A DNA stretch of 59,545 bases, filler included, from Dugesia japonica (taxonomy: Eukaryota): NCBI GenBank assembly GCA_001938525.1. It is 5 parts of 5 records of this genome, joined end to end, with 100 filler letters (N's around TTAATTAATTAA, not from the genome) between each part and the next. Parts side by side here need not be neighbours in the genome. Positions count along the whole stretch, not along the records: positions 35,797 to 48,251 come from MQRL01587822.1; positions 48,352 to 59,545 come from MQRL01615291.1; 3 more parts are not named here. The stretch is one strand, 5' to 3'. The position numbers and the translations under genes are program-made. Below the pieces are notes generated by a model, which was given only the letters and a program-made list of their open reading frames with translations, did no database searches and was not told the origin of the DNA. How positions within the stretch are numbered: position 1 is the stretch's first letter; each line of letters opens with the position of its first letter. Positions 38,231 through 51,798 of this stretch are shown piece by piece.

Positions 38231-40399
38231 AAAACAATTACTCTAAAATACCTTATGATTACCTTGTTAAACATATAGTTACCATATGAAAAACTATAAA
38301 AGCATAATAAGAACATATAAAAACCTATAGTTACNNNAGGATAACCCTATAATTCCCATAAAAAGCATTTGTAATGATATATAAAACTATAAAAACCCAA
38401 TAGAAAACAAATAAAACTACATAATTACCGAGTAAAACCAGATATTAACCATATAAACTATAGAGTTATATAAACTTGAAATTGTCTGAAAAATTTATGA
38501 ACTCTTTTTTTAGAAATTTTTAATAATTTTACGAAATAAATTAATAATCACTATTAAATCCTTAATGATGATTATTTTCTTTAATTTGTATTAAATAATG
38601 TCTAATCCAAAAAATATTTATTATTAGAAAAATTATTTTTATACAAACAATATTTAATTAAATTTATTCTCTTTAATTAATTTTATTTATAATAAATAAT
38701 TAATAAATAATTTATAATAAATAAATTAAATAATTAATTAAATCATTAAAATTATGTAACTAAATTTCAAATTAAATTATATATTTATAAAGATTTTTTT
38801 TGTGTATGAAAAAAAATTATTATCGATTGCATTATAATCAATACAAATAATTTATTTCAATTAATGAAAGTTTTTATTGATTAGTTGCTTCTAGAATTCT
38901 CTATAAATAATCATCAAGACTGTTTTTTCTCGGTCTCCATTTTTTTCTTAATTTTATTTTAATTTTATATTTTTTAAAGAGATTTGAAAGAAGAAAGTGA
39001 AGTTTTCAAACACTTTGAACACAAACATAAAATTTCATCATAATAACAAGGAAAATACTAGGAACAGAATACATTTCCACACTTCACAGGAAAAAACATG
39101 AATAATTACTGATTAAAAAAGATAAAACTAAAATCATTTTCTACATCCATGATGAAACTATGCAAATTTCTTTGAATTTCCTGAAGAGAAAGACGTGTAT
39201 TATTTATACCTCAGATCTTTTTCTGCTTTTGCTTTCTCAAGTGCAGTATAGTTGGTTGAGTTACCATATTCCATCATAAAAATGAGACTTTGAACACTAG
39301 TTCTATGACAGAAGGCGCTTGGAAGGCAGCTTATATATTTGTTTTCAGTTTTTATTTTTCGCTCTATTTCTTTTCTTCTGGAACAATGATATCTGAAATT
39401 GTTTGCTAATCGTATTAAAACCTATTTTGAGAAATAAGATACATTACAAATAGATAAACCAAAATCATAAAATAATAATTATTAATCAAATAAATTAATT
39501 TAAAAACAAATAAATGAAATTAAAAATATTAAATATTAACACATTAAAACAATTTATTCAATAAAATTCTTTTTTGGAACGAAAAATAAATTAATTAAAT
39601 ACAATAATAATTATGTTTAGTAAGGGAAGAATTCATTCTGGACCACTTGTGAAATTTGGTTTATTACATAATTTATTACACACATAACAAGCGTGACATT
39701 TGACCGAACAATATGAATGTTCAATTTGGGTAATTTTTAGGTGATTGGGTTAAGAAAAATATTTTCCACGGGAATGGTCAATTTGGATCAGTTTTGTTCG
39801 GGAATTTACTCGGGGAGGTTGAATGAGGTCAATTTTTGGTTAGTTTTAAGTGGATTTGATCAAATATTTTCCTCGGAGATGTCGACTCAGGTTAAATTTT
39901 GGATGGCTCAGGTGATTTCGGTCAAATCTTTCCTCCTTAATTTCCTAGATGAGGTCGAATCAGTTCTATTTTTTGTATGGTTTTTGTACAGAATTTCCTC
40001 GTTGTCAATTTTCATTAGGTTTCAAGTTATTTGGGTGAGAATTTCTTCGGTGAGGTTGGATCGATTAGTTTTAGGTGGTTTTCATTAAGAATTTACTCGG
40101 AGATGTCTTATGAAGTCTATTTTTAGTCTATCTTTGCTTTGGTTTTGGCTAATTTTTCTCTCACCATTTGTAGGTCTTCGCTCATTTACTGGTCTTCTTT
40201 CTCAATCTTCTCTTATCAAAATCTCCACTTGTTTTATCACTGTTCACTGTTTTCACTCATCAGTCTTCAGCTCACTGTTCAATAGTTCTTGCTTTTTGCT
40301 GGTCTTTACTCTTACAGGTTTTCTCTCCTTTTTGGTCTTTACTCTTTATTAATGGTTTTCTCGCTCTTTGCTGGTCTTCACTCTTCCCTAGTGTTAAAT

Positions 40400-40745
40400 A
40401 CACTGTTTGTATAATGTTCTTAAAATTTGTAGTAAACTAAAACAGTACATAATATTGAGTGTAAATCAGTTAAAATTATTAATAAATTCAAAATTTTGTG
40501 GAAATTTTAAAGATTATTAGAAAAGAATAAAAATTTGGTGTTTAGATCATATGATCTAAAAATTAATGTTCAAACTGATGTTTCTAAATCTTTATTGAAT
40601 GTCTTTAATTAATTTGAATTCATTTAGGATTGTTAAATAATCGATTAAATAATTCGGAATTTTAGTATAAAACTCTATACATAGATTTAAGCAGTTTGCC
40701 TGAAGAAGACAGATATATTGTCAAAACTTGTTGAGATGAATAAAT
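40400..40745 (+). mobile_element. Penelope-like element 3' end (GIY-YIG C-terminus plus relic hammerhead)
   Basis: HNIECKSVKIINK..KINVQTDVSKSLLNVFN* resembles Penelope endonuclease C-termini. It is followed by a hammerhead-like core and AATAAA. Confidence 0.65.
40692..40735 (+). ncRNA. Degenerate minimal hammerhead ribozyme
   Basis: CTGAAGA(A) + stem II GACA-gatatat-TGTC + AAAAC where GAAAC is canonical. Stems I and III are poorly conserved. Confidence 0.5.
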
Positions 40746-42103
40746 ATTTAACTAAATGGCGTGTAAATTTATTTTAAAAAAAGAATTAATTGTTTAGATA
40801 ATTAATTTATTATAAATGGATTTAACGGTTAATGTATTAATATTTAAAACAATTGATTAATGAATTTTTATTGGTTCTTTTTAATTAGATTTAAAATTGA
40901 TTATTTCTCACGAAATGAATTCATAGGAATTTAAATTGTTATCAGTTTTTCTTTCTTTTTTTTAGTAATATTTATATTTATTTTTTAAATGAGACGAGAA
41001 ATATTGAAATTGATTAGCAATTCCGAGTGCAATCATGCAGATTTATTTATGTAATTTGATCGATCATTTATTTGCTAGCAGACTTCCGACAGTGAAAAAA
41101 TATGTAATGATGATGAGGTGGCCGTGTTTTTTATTTATTTATCATCAGAGATTTGAAGAAGGTGTAAACATAGTAGTGACCTGCACCCAATAAAGTGGTT
41201 CAAAAACAACATATGCCCATTAGTTAATGGATGAAAGAAATATTTTCAACCTACTGACATTTTATCAACAAATCCTGAAGATTATTTTTACTGATAACAA
41301 TATGTCAAAATACTTAATTATAAAATGTTAAAAACAAATTTTTTTTTATTTGGGGTTTTTTTTCAGAAAAACCAAAAAAAATTGATTATTTTTAATTATC
41401 ATTAACTATTTTTTATGTAAAAATTTTTTAAATAATAAAAACATTTAAACTCTATATTTTTAAGTTTAAAATATGTTTGAGAAAAAAAATTTAATTTACT
41501 TATTTTTATCATTTTATTTAATTATTTTGATCTTTTTTAAATAATTTAAATTTTATTATAAAAATAACTAAATTACATTTTTTGTTTAAATTAACTTGTA
41601 ATTGATGATATTTTTAACAAATAACTTTTTTTATTGTTATAAATTGAACTGAAAATAAAACTGAAAAAATATTGAATTTTATGAGAATGTATATATATAC
41701 ATAATTAATTTTGATAAGCTAATTAATTAATTAATTTAATAAAGTAATTAATTATCCATTAAAAATACAAAATAAGAATTATTCGAAAAAACTAATATCT
41801 TTGAGGATTTGAATATTTTGTGTGTTTTCAGTATTTTAGTATTATGTAAATTATTTTAAATATGTTTTTAAAATAAAAATCAACTTTTTTTGGATATTGT
41901 TTGTGTTGGTAGTTTTTGTAAATCGTGTAAAAAAGAAATGTTTAAAAATTATTCACATCTTAGTATTGGTAACTTTTAATTTGAAAATTGGTATTTGGAT
42001 TAATAAATTGCTCTATTTTGGTTTTAAGCTAAATTTAATTATTGTAATTATTTTGATAAATACTTGTAATTCTCATAATTTGAGGTTAATTAATTTTCTC
42101 TCT

Positions 42104-42888
42104 GAGGGGTTTCCAAACTTTTCAGACCGAGGGCTGCATTAACTATCAAACAATAATTTGGATGCTGACTTCATACTTTAGGTCCAAATAAAAAAGAATC
42201 GAAACAGAAATTGTTTTTTATTCTTTATTTAATATTAATTTATTCAGTTTAATATTTATTAACACATTAATACACTACATATGAACACCTGTATTAGTAT
42301 AAGTAAGAGTGATTCATAGATTATACATATATCTGGAAAAATTTTTAACTTGCTATATATTATATTATATTATATTAAATTTTACTTTTTGAAAGATTTG
42401 AATATTATTTCACATAATTTAGTAAAAGAAAAGTATATGTATTAGATATATTTAAAATAAGAAAAAATTTTAAATGCAAATTTATTTAAATAATTACTAT
42501 ATATTATTTAGGTAAAATTATAAATTTTTTACAATTACAATTATTGCTAGAATGAAATTATAAAGTTATAAAATTATTTTAAGAAATTATGTTGAAAAAT
42601 AATTAAAATAAATCTAAATTATATATATTATTTTAAAAATAAAATCGATATTTTTAAAATATTTTATTGAAATTATAATTAAATTTCTTGGAATTTTTAT
42701 TTAAATACTTTGGATTGTTTTTATTCTTTTTATACTTTAATGAAACACTTGTGATTATAAATAAACCTTATTGAAAATTGTGAAGTTTTAAATTTAATTA
42801 ATAGGGATTTTTCCTGTAGATAAAAAGACCAAATGAGAGGGCTTAACGAGCCGCATCTGGTCTGCGAGCCTTAGTTTGGAGACTACGG
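42104..42888 (+). mobile_element. hAT (Charlie/MER-like) MITE
   Basis: TIRs gaggggtttccaaact / agtttggagactacgg, subterminal gagccgcatctggtctgcgagcc, TSD ttctctct / ttctaact (6/8). Confidence 0.75.
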
Positions 42889-42949
42889 TTCTAACTGATC
42901 GTAATTTTTGTAATATTCAACTAATACTATTTTATTATAATAAATGTTA

Positions 42950-44100
42950 CCAGAAAATGATTTACTTTTAAATGATGGATATGTAGGCTCAACACCTAAC
43001 AATATTTATTTCTAAATATCGTTCATTTAAGTCACAAAGTAAAAAGATGTCAAAATTTTGATAATTAGCAAAATTGAAGAAAATTAAAAATATTGATTTG
43101 TTCTTTTTAGATTTATTGAGATTTTTTAAAGAATTTTTAAATAAAATTGTCACTTGTGTGTATTTAAGAATATTTTTTTGATAGTTATGATTTTGTAATA
43201 ATTTTCTGTTACTTTAAAACATAATTCTTATTTAAATATTGAAAATCATTTGGAAAGTGTTATAAAGAAAGAAATTTGTAAAAGTTTGAATAAATTTTGT
43301 TATTTGTGTAAAAAAATTTTATTTGTATATTTTCAACTTGCATATACATTGTTATTTTGATTAATTAGTAATATTGTAATTGAAATTCAAGCTTTTAAAG
43401 TTAGTAATTTTTATTATTATTTTATAATTAAATTTTGTAATTAAAGTTTTGCAGAATTTATTATTCATGTTTAAAAGTTTTTGCTAAGTTTGATATATTC
43501 ATTTATTGTAATTAAAAATGAATATATGTAAAACAATTAATTTTTGAATTAGTTGTTGTTTAAATATTGCGAATAAATAGTTCAGATTTTGATTATTAAT
43601 AAAACTTGGAATTGATCTGTATTCTTCTATAACATGACGTTTCAAGCGGAAAAATATTTACTTAAATTGTGCGAAGAAGAATTAAGAGTTTATCGCAAGG
43701 AGGATCAGAAAAATATTCCAATACATGAACATATTGGTAAGATAATGAAGTTTTTTTTAATTTTTTCGAATTACAGAAATTAAATGAAGAAGCTAAATGT
43801 GGAATTTTTATCAAATATTTTTCAAGTGATTTAGTTAAAGAAGTCAAGTCTCAGCCTGATTTTGATAACCAAAAAATACCAATTGACTATTTAAAAGCTT
43901 CTTTGTATTCTAAGTTAGGCAACTGAATCTTTCTTTGAACGGCACCAAAGCTTCATCCACATATATATTTTTTCTGGGAATAAAGTTTTATTTGAATTTG
44001 TAATCAAAATAATCTAGAAAATGTTTGACTTTCAAGAATCTTGTAATTGGGTTATTAACAGTTCACATTTTTATATAAGTTTAACATCAAAAAGCCCAAA
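42950..44100 (+). pseudogene. Possible KDZ (Kyakuja-Dileera-Zisupton) transposase remnant
   Basis: Ordered weak motifs LLNDGYVGSTP, CYLCK, GIDL..YNMT..AEKY, APKLHPH and NLENV*LS. These resemble the CxC and KDZ motifs G..P.TP, CPAC, HG....NM..GEKY, PKFH..H and G.GLTDGE. Confidence 0.35.
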
Positions 44101-44199
44101 GNAAGAATTAAAAAATATGAACCTACTTTGATTTCAACATCAAGAAACAAATGAGCAAGAAATAAAGTCATTGTTAAGTGTCAACTAAAAGAATAGAAA

Positions 44200-46520
44200 A
44201 TCCGAATAATATCCGATACTTGGACTGATCTCAACATAAAGCTGATCTCATAGTAAAGCAAAATCTTGATCTGCAAATTCAAATGTCGACAACTAGAGTG
44301 ATTTGTGAGAATGAAAACTCAATAAATTGTTTAGAAAAATAACTCTAAATTTAAACATTGGACCAATTGTAACAAGGACCGTGTTCGATATTATGCCTAA
44401 TGTATTTCCACACTTGTAAGTGTGAAGAAATATAATATTAATTTGTTACCTTCAAAAGATATCACAATGATTCAAGATTTACTTTTGCCATTTTTATCAA
44501 AAACAGTTGTTCTTTCATCTTTAAACTAATACCAACCATATTACATGGGTAGATCTAGTGCAGTGGCTCAAATAGAAATGATGATAAAGTGGTAGTAGTG
44601 TGTAATGTGAAAATAGATAATGTTGGAAAATATTTTATAAGAGGTAAGCTGGTTAATAATGATAACGTGTCGGATATATGGCCAGAGTGTGTATTTTATT
44701 GTGACAAAAGTAATATTGCTATCAGTTTAGATAAGAGTTATTCTGGATATTTTCCTATACGAATCTATTTACTCGAACATCTAAACCCTTGCATACAGGA
44801 ACAACTTCAAGGTGTGTGGAACGAGTGGAAGAAAATATAATCAATGTAGATGCATGCTGCAGAAATTTATCGATTAATGAACCAAAGTTTGATAATCCAG
44901 ATACTGTCAGAATTTTGAATAATATTGACTTTAAACTGAAAAATGAAAAAAAAAGAATCGGAAATTGTGGCACTAATGAGAATATTATGTGCTAATATAG
45001 TAAACATAAAATGGATATTAAGAGAACAAATGTCATCCAACATTTTTTATTTTTACTAAATATTTCAAGGAATCAAAAACTCTTTTTAAATTCAACGGTG
45101 AGCATCTTAGACTCATTTAATGATTATGACAGAAATTATTTATATTATGATAGATGTAGTAATAATACGTATTATTTACGTAAATTTAATAACAATAATA
45201 TTATTAATAAAAATGAGATAAAATTAATTTTTTCGATAATGAAAATTCGTTGATTAAAAATATTGATTAAAATGATTTAAGAAGTGCCATGTTTAAGAAT
45301 AAACTTTATGGTGAACGATTCAGATTGCAAACAGATCACTTTATGTTGGAAACAAGGAGACTGATTACTCTTTAATTCCAATTTTTGACAAAGTTTTGAG
45401 TAGATTAGATAAAGATATGCAGTATAAAAGAGAAGAACTCCGTGGTTATGCAGATATGTTGTCAAGGCTGGAATATGATAGCTGCACACAATGTCAGATA
45501 AATCACGAGTGAGTAAAAAAATTAAGACTTTGGCAAATTTTACACTGCTAGAGAAAGGAAAGCTTTATTAAGAGAAAGAGATTTATTGCCAAAATATTAC
45601 ATGAGGGTACATAAGATGTTATGTCATGTAGAGTGGAGAAATCGTCGGAGTAGATTAAAAGACGTTGGCCCGAAGTTAAATGCAGGTACACAAATAAACA
45701 ACTGATATAGAGCTGTAAAAATTGTCAAAGATCATAAGCGTAAACAAAGATGGGAATACAAAAGAATCAGTGGTGAAAACAGATTTAGACAGTTCAGCAA
45801 AAATATTGTGTGGGTTGATATCCGCGAACTGTGGAAAGAGACATCGAGAAGAAAGAAGTAAATTCTAAGAATGGTGGACCAATGCACCAAATATATAGTG
45901 TTGGTGATGTTAGCACGTCAGGGCAAAACAACAGTTTGGAGAGCAATTTGATTTATTGGATGTTTAAATTGGAATGTTTAAAAGTAATAAGAACAGATTG
46001 TGATCGAATATTTGAGTTTAAGACCATAAGAGATTTTACTAGGGATGAAGCTATTGCTTTTGAGGCAATATTATCATAATAAGAAAGGGTAAAATAAACA
46101 TCAGTTCCAGACGGTACGGGAATGAATAAATACAACGCTTCAAAAGAGGGATATAACAGACTGAAACAAGATTTTACCAGAGGTAGAATTCGCGATGAAC
46201 GCTACAAACCAGAAAGCAACTCAGAGAAGTTCAGCAGAAAGTATATTTTGAAGATGCATTAGCAAGGAGGTACGAGTTGTAATGTCAAACAAGATGAAAA
46301 AAAGAGATACATCAGCAATCCATTCGAGGAGAAAATTTTAAGTTAGAAAATGGGTGTTGGTGAAAAATTAAGGTGCAGACAAAAATAAAGACAAGTTTGT
46401 TTGACCGTGTCGAGTGGTAGAAAGACTTTAAGATATGAGTTATGTTTTTCAAAATGGTTAAGATTGAAGAATAAAGAACAACGTTGAGATATTGAGAAAA
46501 TTTCTTAAAAAAGAAAATTG
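44200..46520 (+). mobile_element. Ty3/Gypsy pol remnant (protease, RNase H, integrase)
   Basis: FKNKLYGERFRLQTDH, YADMLSR, HKMLCH..SCKNCQR (HHCC), VIRTDCDRIFE, LPEVEFAMNATNQKATQRSSAE and a GPY/F-like tail. The RT appears mostly deleted. A second integrase HHCC fragment lies at ~47150-47270. Confidence 0.9.
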
Positions 46521-47371
46521 CAAAGTAAATTGAATGAAATTTTTAATTGTGTATAATTAGAGTACAAAAGAATTCGAGTTGTTTGAATATTACAGTTTGT
46601 GTAAGACGGATTTTAAAAAATAATTTAATTGCAAATTTTTGTAGAATAAAGAAGTAGATATTGCATGAAATATTCTTAAGACTTTAGGAACTTAATGATT
46701 TTAACAATTGATTTAATTTATTTGTAGTGGATCAGCGATCTTCAAATGTTATTGATGGAATTGATTTANNNNNNNNNNNNNNNNNNNNNNNNNNNNNNNN
46801 NNNNNNNNNNNNNNNNNNNNNNNNNNNNNNNNNNNNNNNNNNNNNNNNNNNNNNNNNNNNNNNNNNNNNNNNNNNNNNNNNNNNNNNNNNNNNNNNNNNN
46901 NNNNNNNNNNNNNNNNNNNNNNNNNNNNNNNNNNNNNNNNNNNNNNNNNNNNNNNNNNNNNNNNNNNNNNNNNNNNNNNNNNNAGTAATGCTATTCAAAA
47001 TTGTTATTGAAAATAAAATTATCAGGAAATACAATTCACTGAGGAATACACAAATTGTGTGTAAGAAAAATAAAATAGATTTAAGATTGAGTTCTAATTT
47101 TTTTTAAAGATTCAATTAAAAAAAACAAGATGTTTGAATGACAAAATACAAGAAACAATAGAAGAAATACCCAAATTATCGTGTCATGTTGGCGTTGAAA
47201 AAGTGTACGCATACATGAGATACAAATACATAATATTGTTTGTAATTGTAAAATTTGTTATAAGATACAACTGCGACTAAGAAGAAGACAAAGAAGATAA
47301 ACAGGGAAATCCATGGTTGAGGTTNTATTCAGAAAGAGTATATTCGGAGAAAAGTGACAAAAGTAAAATTT

Positions 47372-48251
47372 TTAAAGACAACTAAAGAACACAGTAGATA
47401 GATATGAGCGCACTGGCATCAAACCCCCACCTCTCCCCCCCGCCTCCCCACCTTCGACTGTTTCGGTTGTTTTGATGATTTTTGATTTGTAGCTTCTTGA
47501 TTGGGGGTTCTGAATAAATGAAAAAAAATTTCGAATTCGGGTTGGAACGGTCGACTTTTTGCTCAGGAAGGTCGAAAATCCGAATTTTCGAAACCAAACG
47601 TATCGTGTAATTTCCAATTTAGTATTAATCCTCTTAGAATTGAAAGGTAAACATTTTCTATATAGGGTTTGCTATATGAATATGCTTGGTTCTCCGAGAA
47701 AAGTTATGAGCGCACTGGCACTGTAGACCTTGATTTATGAATTTCTCAACCGATACTTATTCTATAGGTGTTAAAATGATAGCATTCAATTCAAAATAAA
47801 ATTCTGAACAAGTTTTGTATAGGGTTTGTTGTAAAAATATTTTTAGTTCAAAAGATAGAAAATTCCCGGTTANCATGACCCNCCNAGGATGGAAAATTGA
47901 ACTTTAGAAATACTAATGATAATCAAATAAATTTGATATGCATCTTCTTAGAATTGAAAGTTGAACATTTTTTGTATAGGGTTTGCTACGTAAATATGCT
48001 TGGTTCTCCGAGAAAAGTTATGAGTGCACTGGCACTTTTGACCTTGTTTTATTAATTACTCAGTCAATACTTATTGTATTGCACTGAAAATGATAGCATT
48101 CAATTCAGAATAAAATTCCAAACAAGTTTTGTGTAGGGTTTGTTGTAAAAATAATTTTAGTTCAAAAGTCAGAAAATTCCCAGGTGCCACGTCTCACCGA
48201 GGATGAAAAATTATTTTTTCGAGAAATACTTATGATAAAATAACAAAATGG
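47372..48251 (+). repeat. Element with ~315-bp tandem units (two ~155-bp subunits each); Helentron/HINE-like
   Basis: 47630-47944 and 47945-48251 are collinear copies. tatgagcgcactggca recurs at ~47403, ~47705 and ~48019, and tagggtttg recurs at roughly 155-bp spacing. The class assignment is an inference. Confidence 0.6.
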
Positions 48252-48351
48252 NNNNNNNNNNNNNNNNNNNNNNNNNNNNNNNNNNNNNNNNNNNNTTAAT
48301 TAATTAANNNNNNNNNNNNNNNNNNNNNNNNNNNNNNNNNNNNNNNNNNNN

Positions 48352-50000
48352 TTATTAGAGAAATTAAATAAATTATTAATAATTGAAAATTTGATAACAC
48401 AATCAAATAAAATATTAATTTAAATTTTAATTAAAATAAAATTATTAATGATAAATATTACAACAAAAATAATTCTTATTCAATCGTTCAAAGATTAATG
48501 TTTTTTCCGAGAAATAATTGAAAACAAAAAATTTCTTTTTAATATTGTTTTGACAAATATNNNNNNNNNNNNNNNNNNNNNNNNNNNNNNNNNNNNNNNN
48601 NNNNNNNNNNNNNNTACGGATATTTTATTATTTGCTGATAACATATTCTACTGACTATTATCAGTAAATAATATTAGAATATTTATTTGTTTCTAAATTT
48701 ATGTTTTTAATAAAAAGCATTGTTTTTAATTTATTTCGTTAAATTAACCTTTTAAATTATATTAATTGATAAAATAATAATAAATAAAAGTAAGAAATAA
48801 ATGAAAAAAAAATTTAATAATAAATAAATAAATTGAAAATAAGTATAATTAATCATTATAATTCAATTTAAAACTTAAAAATTTAAATTAAATAAAAAAA
48901 TAAAATTAATTAATTTAATTAATTATTTAAAAATCGATTATGCACAAGATATTGAATATTCTGATTTATTCAATAAATTAATTGATCACTCTCTGATTGG
49001 TAGAGAACTCCATAAATTTTCATATTGATTTATGTTTAATTTTTTTAAATAAATTTACAGATAAAATAAAAGTAAATCTTCGATATTTTCACTTTGTTTA
49101 GAATATTTCTGAATTATTTTAAATATTATTTGAAAGTAAAGATGGTCAATAATTATTAAACAATTCAAACAATGTTATACAAGAAATAGAAAATATTAAT
49201 GTTTTGTTTAGTATTAATAATTTTTATATTGCTCTAATCTGGATATGACTAATTTTCTACTAGACAATTCTGTCTACAAGCATCTGACAAACTATTTGTT
49301 ACAGACAACTCGTGCAATATTCCATGATTATACCAAGTAAATAACAATGGCAAACAAAATTTAGAAAAAGGAATTAGTTAAGATTTTAAGACAAATAATT
49401 CGTCATATTTTATGAAATGTTGAATCATTTCATCTGTTTTTATTTCATATATTTATTAGAAGATTAAATTTTATTAACCAATTAATTCAATTATTAAATT
49501 TGAATTAAATTAATTTGATAATTAATTAATTTAGATAATTAATATTTATTGATAATTATCGATATTCATCTCATTTATGATCAATTTATTAGTTTTGTGA
49601 ATATTTTGTTGAAATTAATTGAACATTAATTAAACAAAATTATTCAAATATTTATTGATTTTTTGAAATATTGATTTGTTTCATTCTTTTGAAAAGTAAT
49701 TAACTTTTTAATAATAATTTTTTGAGATAAAATTTTTAAATATTTTCATTAAGTCGTAATTAATTAATTAATTAATCGTAATTAATAATTAACTTTATTT
49801 ATATTTTTCGGTAAATTATTTAATAAAATTTTTAAAATTATTGGAATATTTATTATTAATTGAATATTCAATGGCAATCAATAAATCCTCAAATTCACAA
49901 TATTGTCATTTTTTGATTTTCTGATATTCAGTAAAAATAATTAAATTCTACAAAAAGCATAATTTCTACTATTTCTAATTCCATATTTCATGAATATAAC
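48352..50000. repeat. Segmental repeat: block A (48352-49170) repeated directly at ~51930-53255; block B (49170-50000) inverted at ~55950-56590
   Basis: Shared strings include atcgattatgcacaagatattgaatattctg (A) and ctggatatgactaattttctactagacaattctgtctacaagcatctgacaaact (B, reverse-complemented at ~56450-56505). Confidence 0.9.
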
Positions 50001-51735
50001 CTTGCAATTTAATGTTCCTTGTTGATATAAATTATTTGTAAAATTAGAACAAATAAGTAAATAAAATATTGTTGTGAGAAAAAAATTAATTTAAATTATT
50101 TTATTTCTATAACAATGAGCAATACCTCTCTTCTCTGGTCTTCTTCCTAACTTATTGGCTTTCTCTCGCTAATCTCTGGTTTCCTTAATTAGTATCTTCT
50201 CAAACATACTGGTTTTCTCTAACTCCCCTCAAACCTTCTGTCTTATTTGTTTACTTTCACTACTCTCTCGGCTTTTCTATAATTCAATAGTTTTCTCTTA
50301 GTCTTCATTGTTCATCTCTTTTTTGATTTCTCCTCGTTATTAGGATTATTCAAAGTCACTTTGATATCATCAGTATGTTGGTATCATTCACCAACTATTA
50401 AATTAACGATAAAAATTCAAAAGTAATGTTAATATTCCTCTGGAGGATAATTTATTACGTAACATAGTAACTATGGATTGATTATTACACAATAGATTAA
50501 ATATCATGTAAGTGGTTGCATAATGAATTGTATGTGTGCAGTTGCTATGTAATATACCACGTGACCCTTGATTTATAATTAAAATACATGTAGCCTTTTC
50601 AATAAAACATATCATTCATCATGATTCAGTAGTGTAGCCAGGAATATATGAAGGGAGGTTTAAAATTTCTGTCAAAAATTCTGTATTTGTTTACAAATAT
50701 AAAACGANNNNNNNNNNNNNNNNNNNNNNNNNNNNNNNNNNNNNNNNNNNNNNNNNNNNNNNNNNTATACCCGATTCTGATTGGCAAAAATAATTCAAGG
50801 TCGAATTTAGTGATCTATTATAGTTCATTCTGTTTGGTGAAAACTTTTAAGGTTGAATGTTCAAGTTCAAAGTGGCTCATTATACTCAATTTTGATTGGT
50901 TGAAATAATTCAAGGTCGAATTTCAAAGTAAGATTAGTTTAGTATATTTTTAGTATATATTTCAAGGTTAAATGAAGGTAAGTCCCGATTAAATGAAAGT
51001 AGGTCAAGATAATTTCCATGGCAACTATCGTCCAGGCAGACTTCATATTTAAATTTCCCGTGCAGACTTAATATTTTTTGTTTAAATTAATTGATTTTTA
51101 TGTCTTGTTTAAATTTACTGATTTTTGAGAGTTTTATTTAAATTAAGTGACTTAATTATTTTTATGGATTTTTCATAGAAAATCGATGGTTTAAATTTTC
51201 ATATTTTGAAGTGAATTTTCCATGAGAAATATTTATATTAGATGCTTCTCAAACAACGTTAAAAATAATATATAAAAAACAAATGAAAAGCCTAATCAAA
51301 TCATAAAATTTATTATTGATAAAACATGGATATTCACAATCATTATGTACAGTGGTTTAAATCTGGATCTTAATTATAAATTAGATTTTAATAGTACAAA
51401 TTAATTAGTTTAAATAACAAAATAAATTACCTGTAAATGTACTTCTTTTCATCATAATTAAGTTAAATCATTAAATTAAATCATTAAGTTCAATTAAACT
51501 TTTTAAATTAAATAAAAATTATTAAGCNNNNNNNNNNNNNNNNNNNNNNNNNNNNNNNNNNNNNNNNNNNNNNNNNNNNNNNNNNNNNNNNNNNNNNNNN
51601 NNNNNNNNNNNNNNNNNNNNNNNNNNNNNNNNNNNNNNNNNNNNNNNNNNNNNNNNNNNNNNNNNNNNNNNNNNNNNNNNNNNNNNNNNNNNNNNNNNNN
51701 NNNNNNNNNNNNNNNNNNNNNNNNNNNNNNNNNNN

Positions 51736-51798
<63 letters not shown>

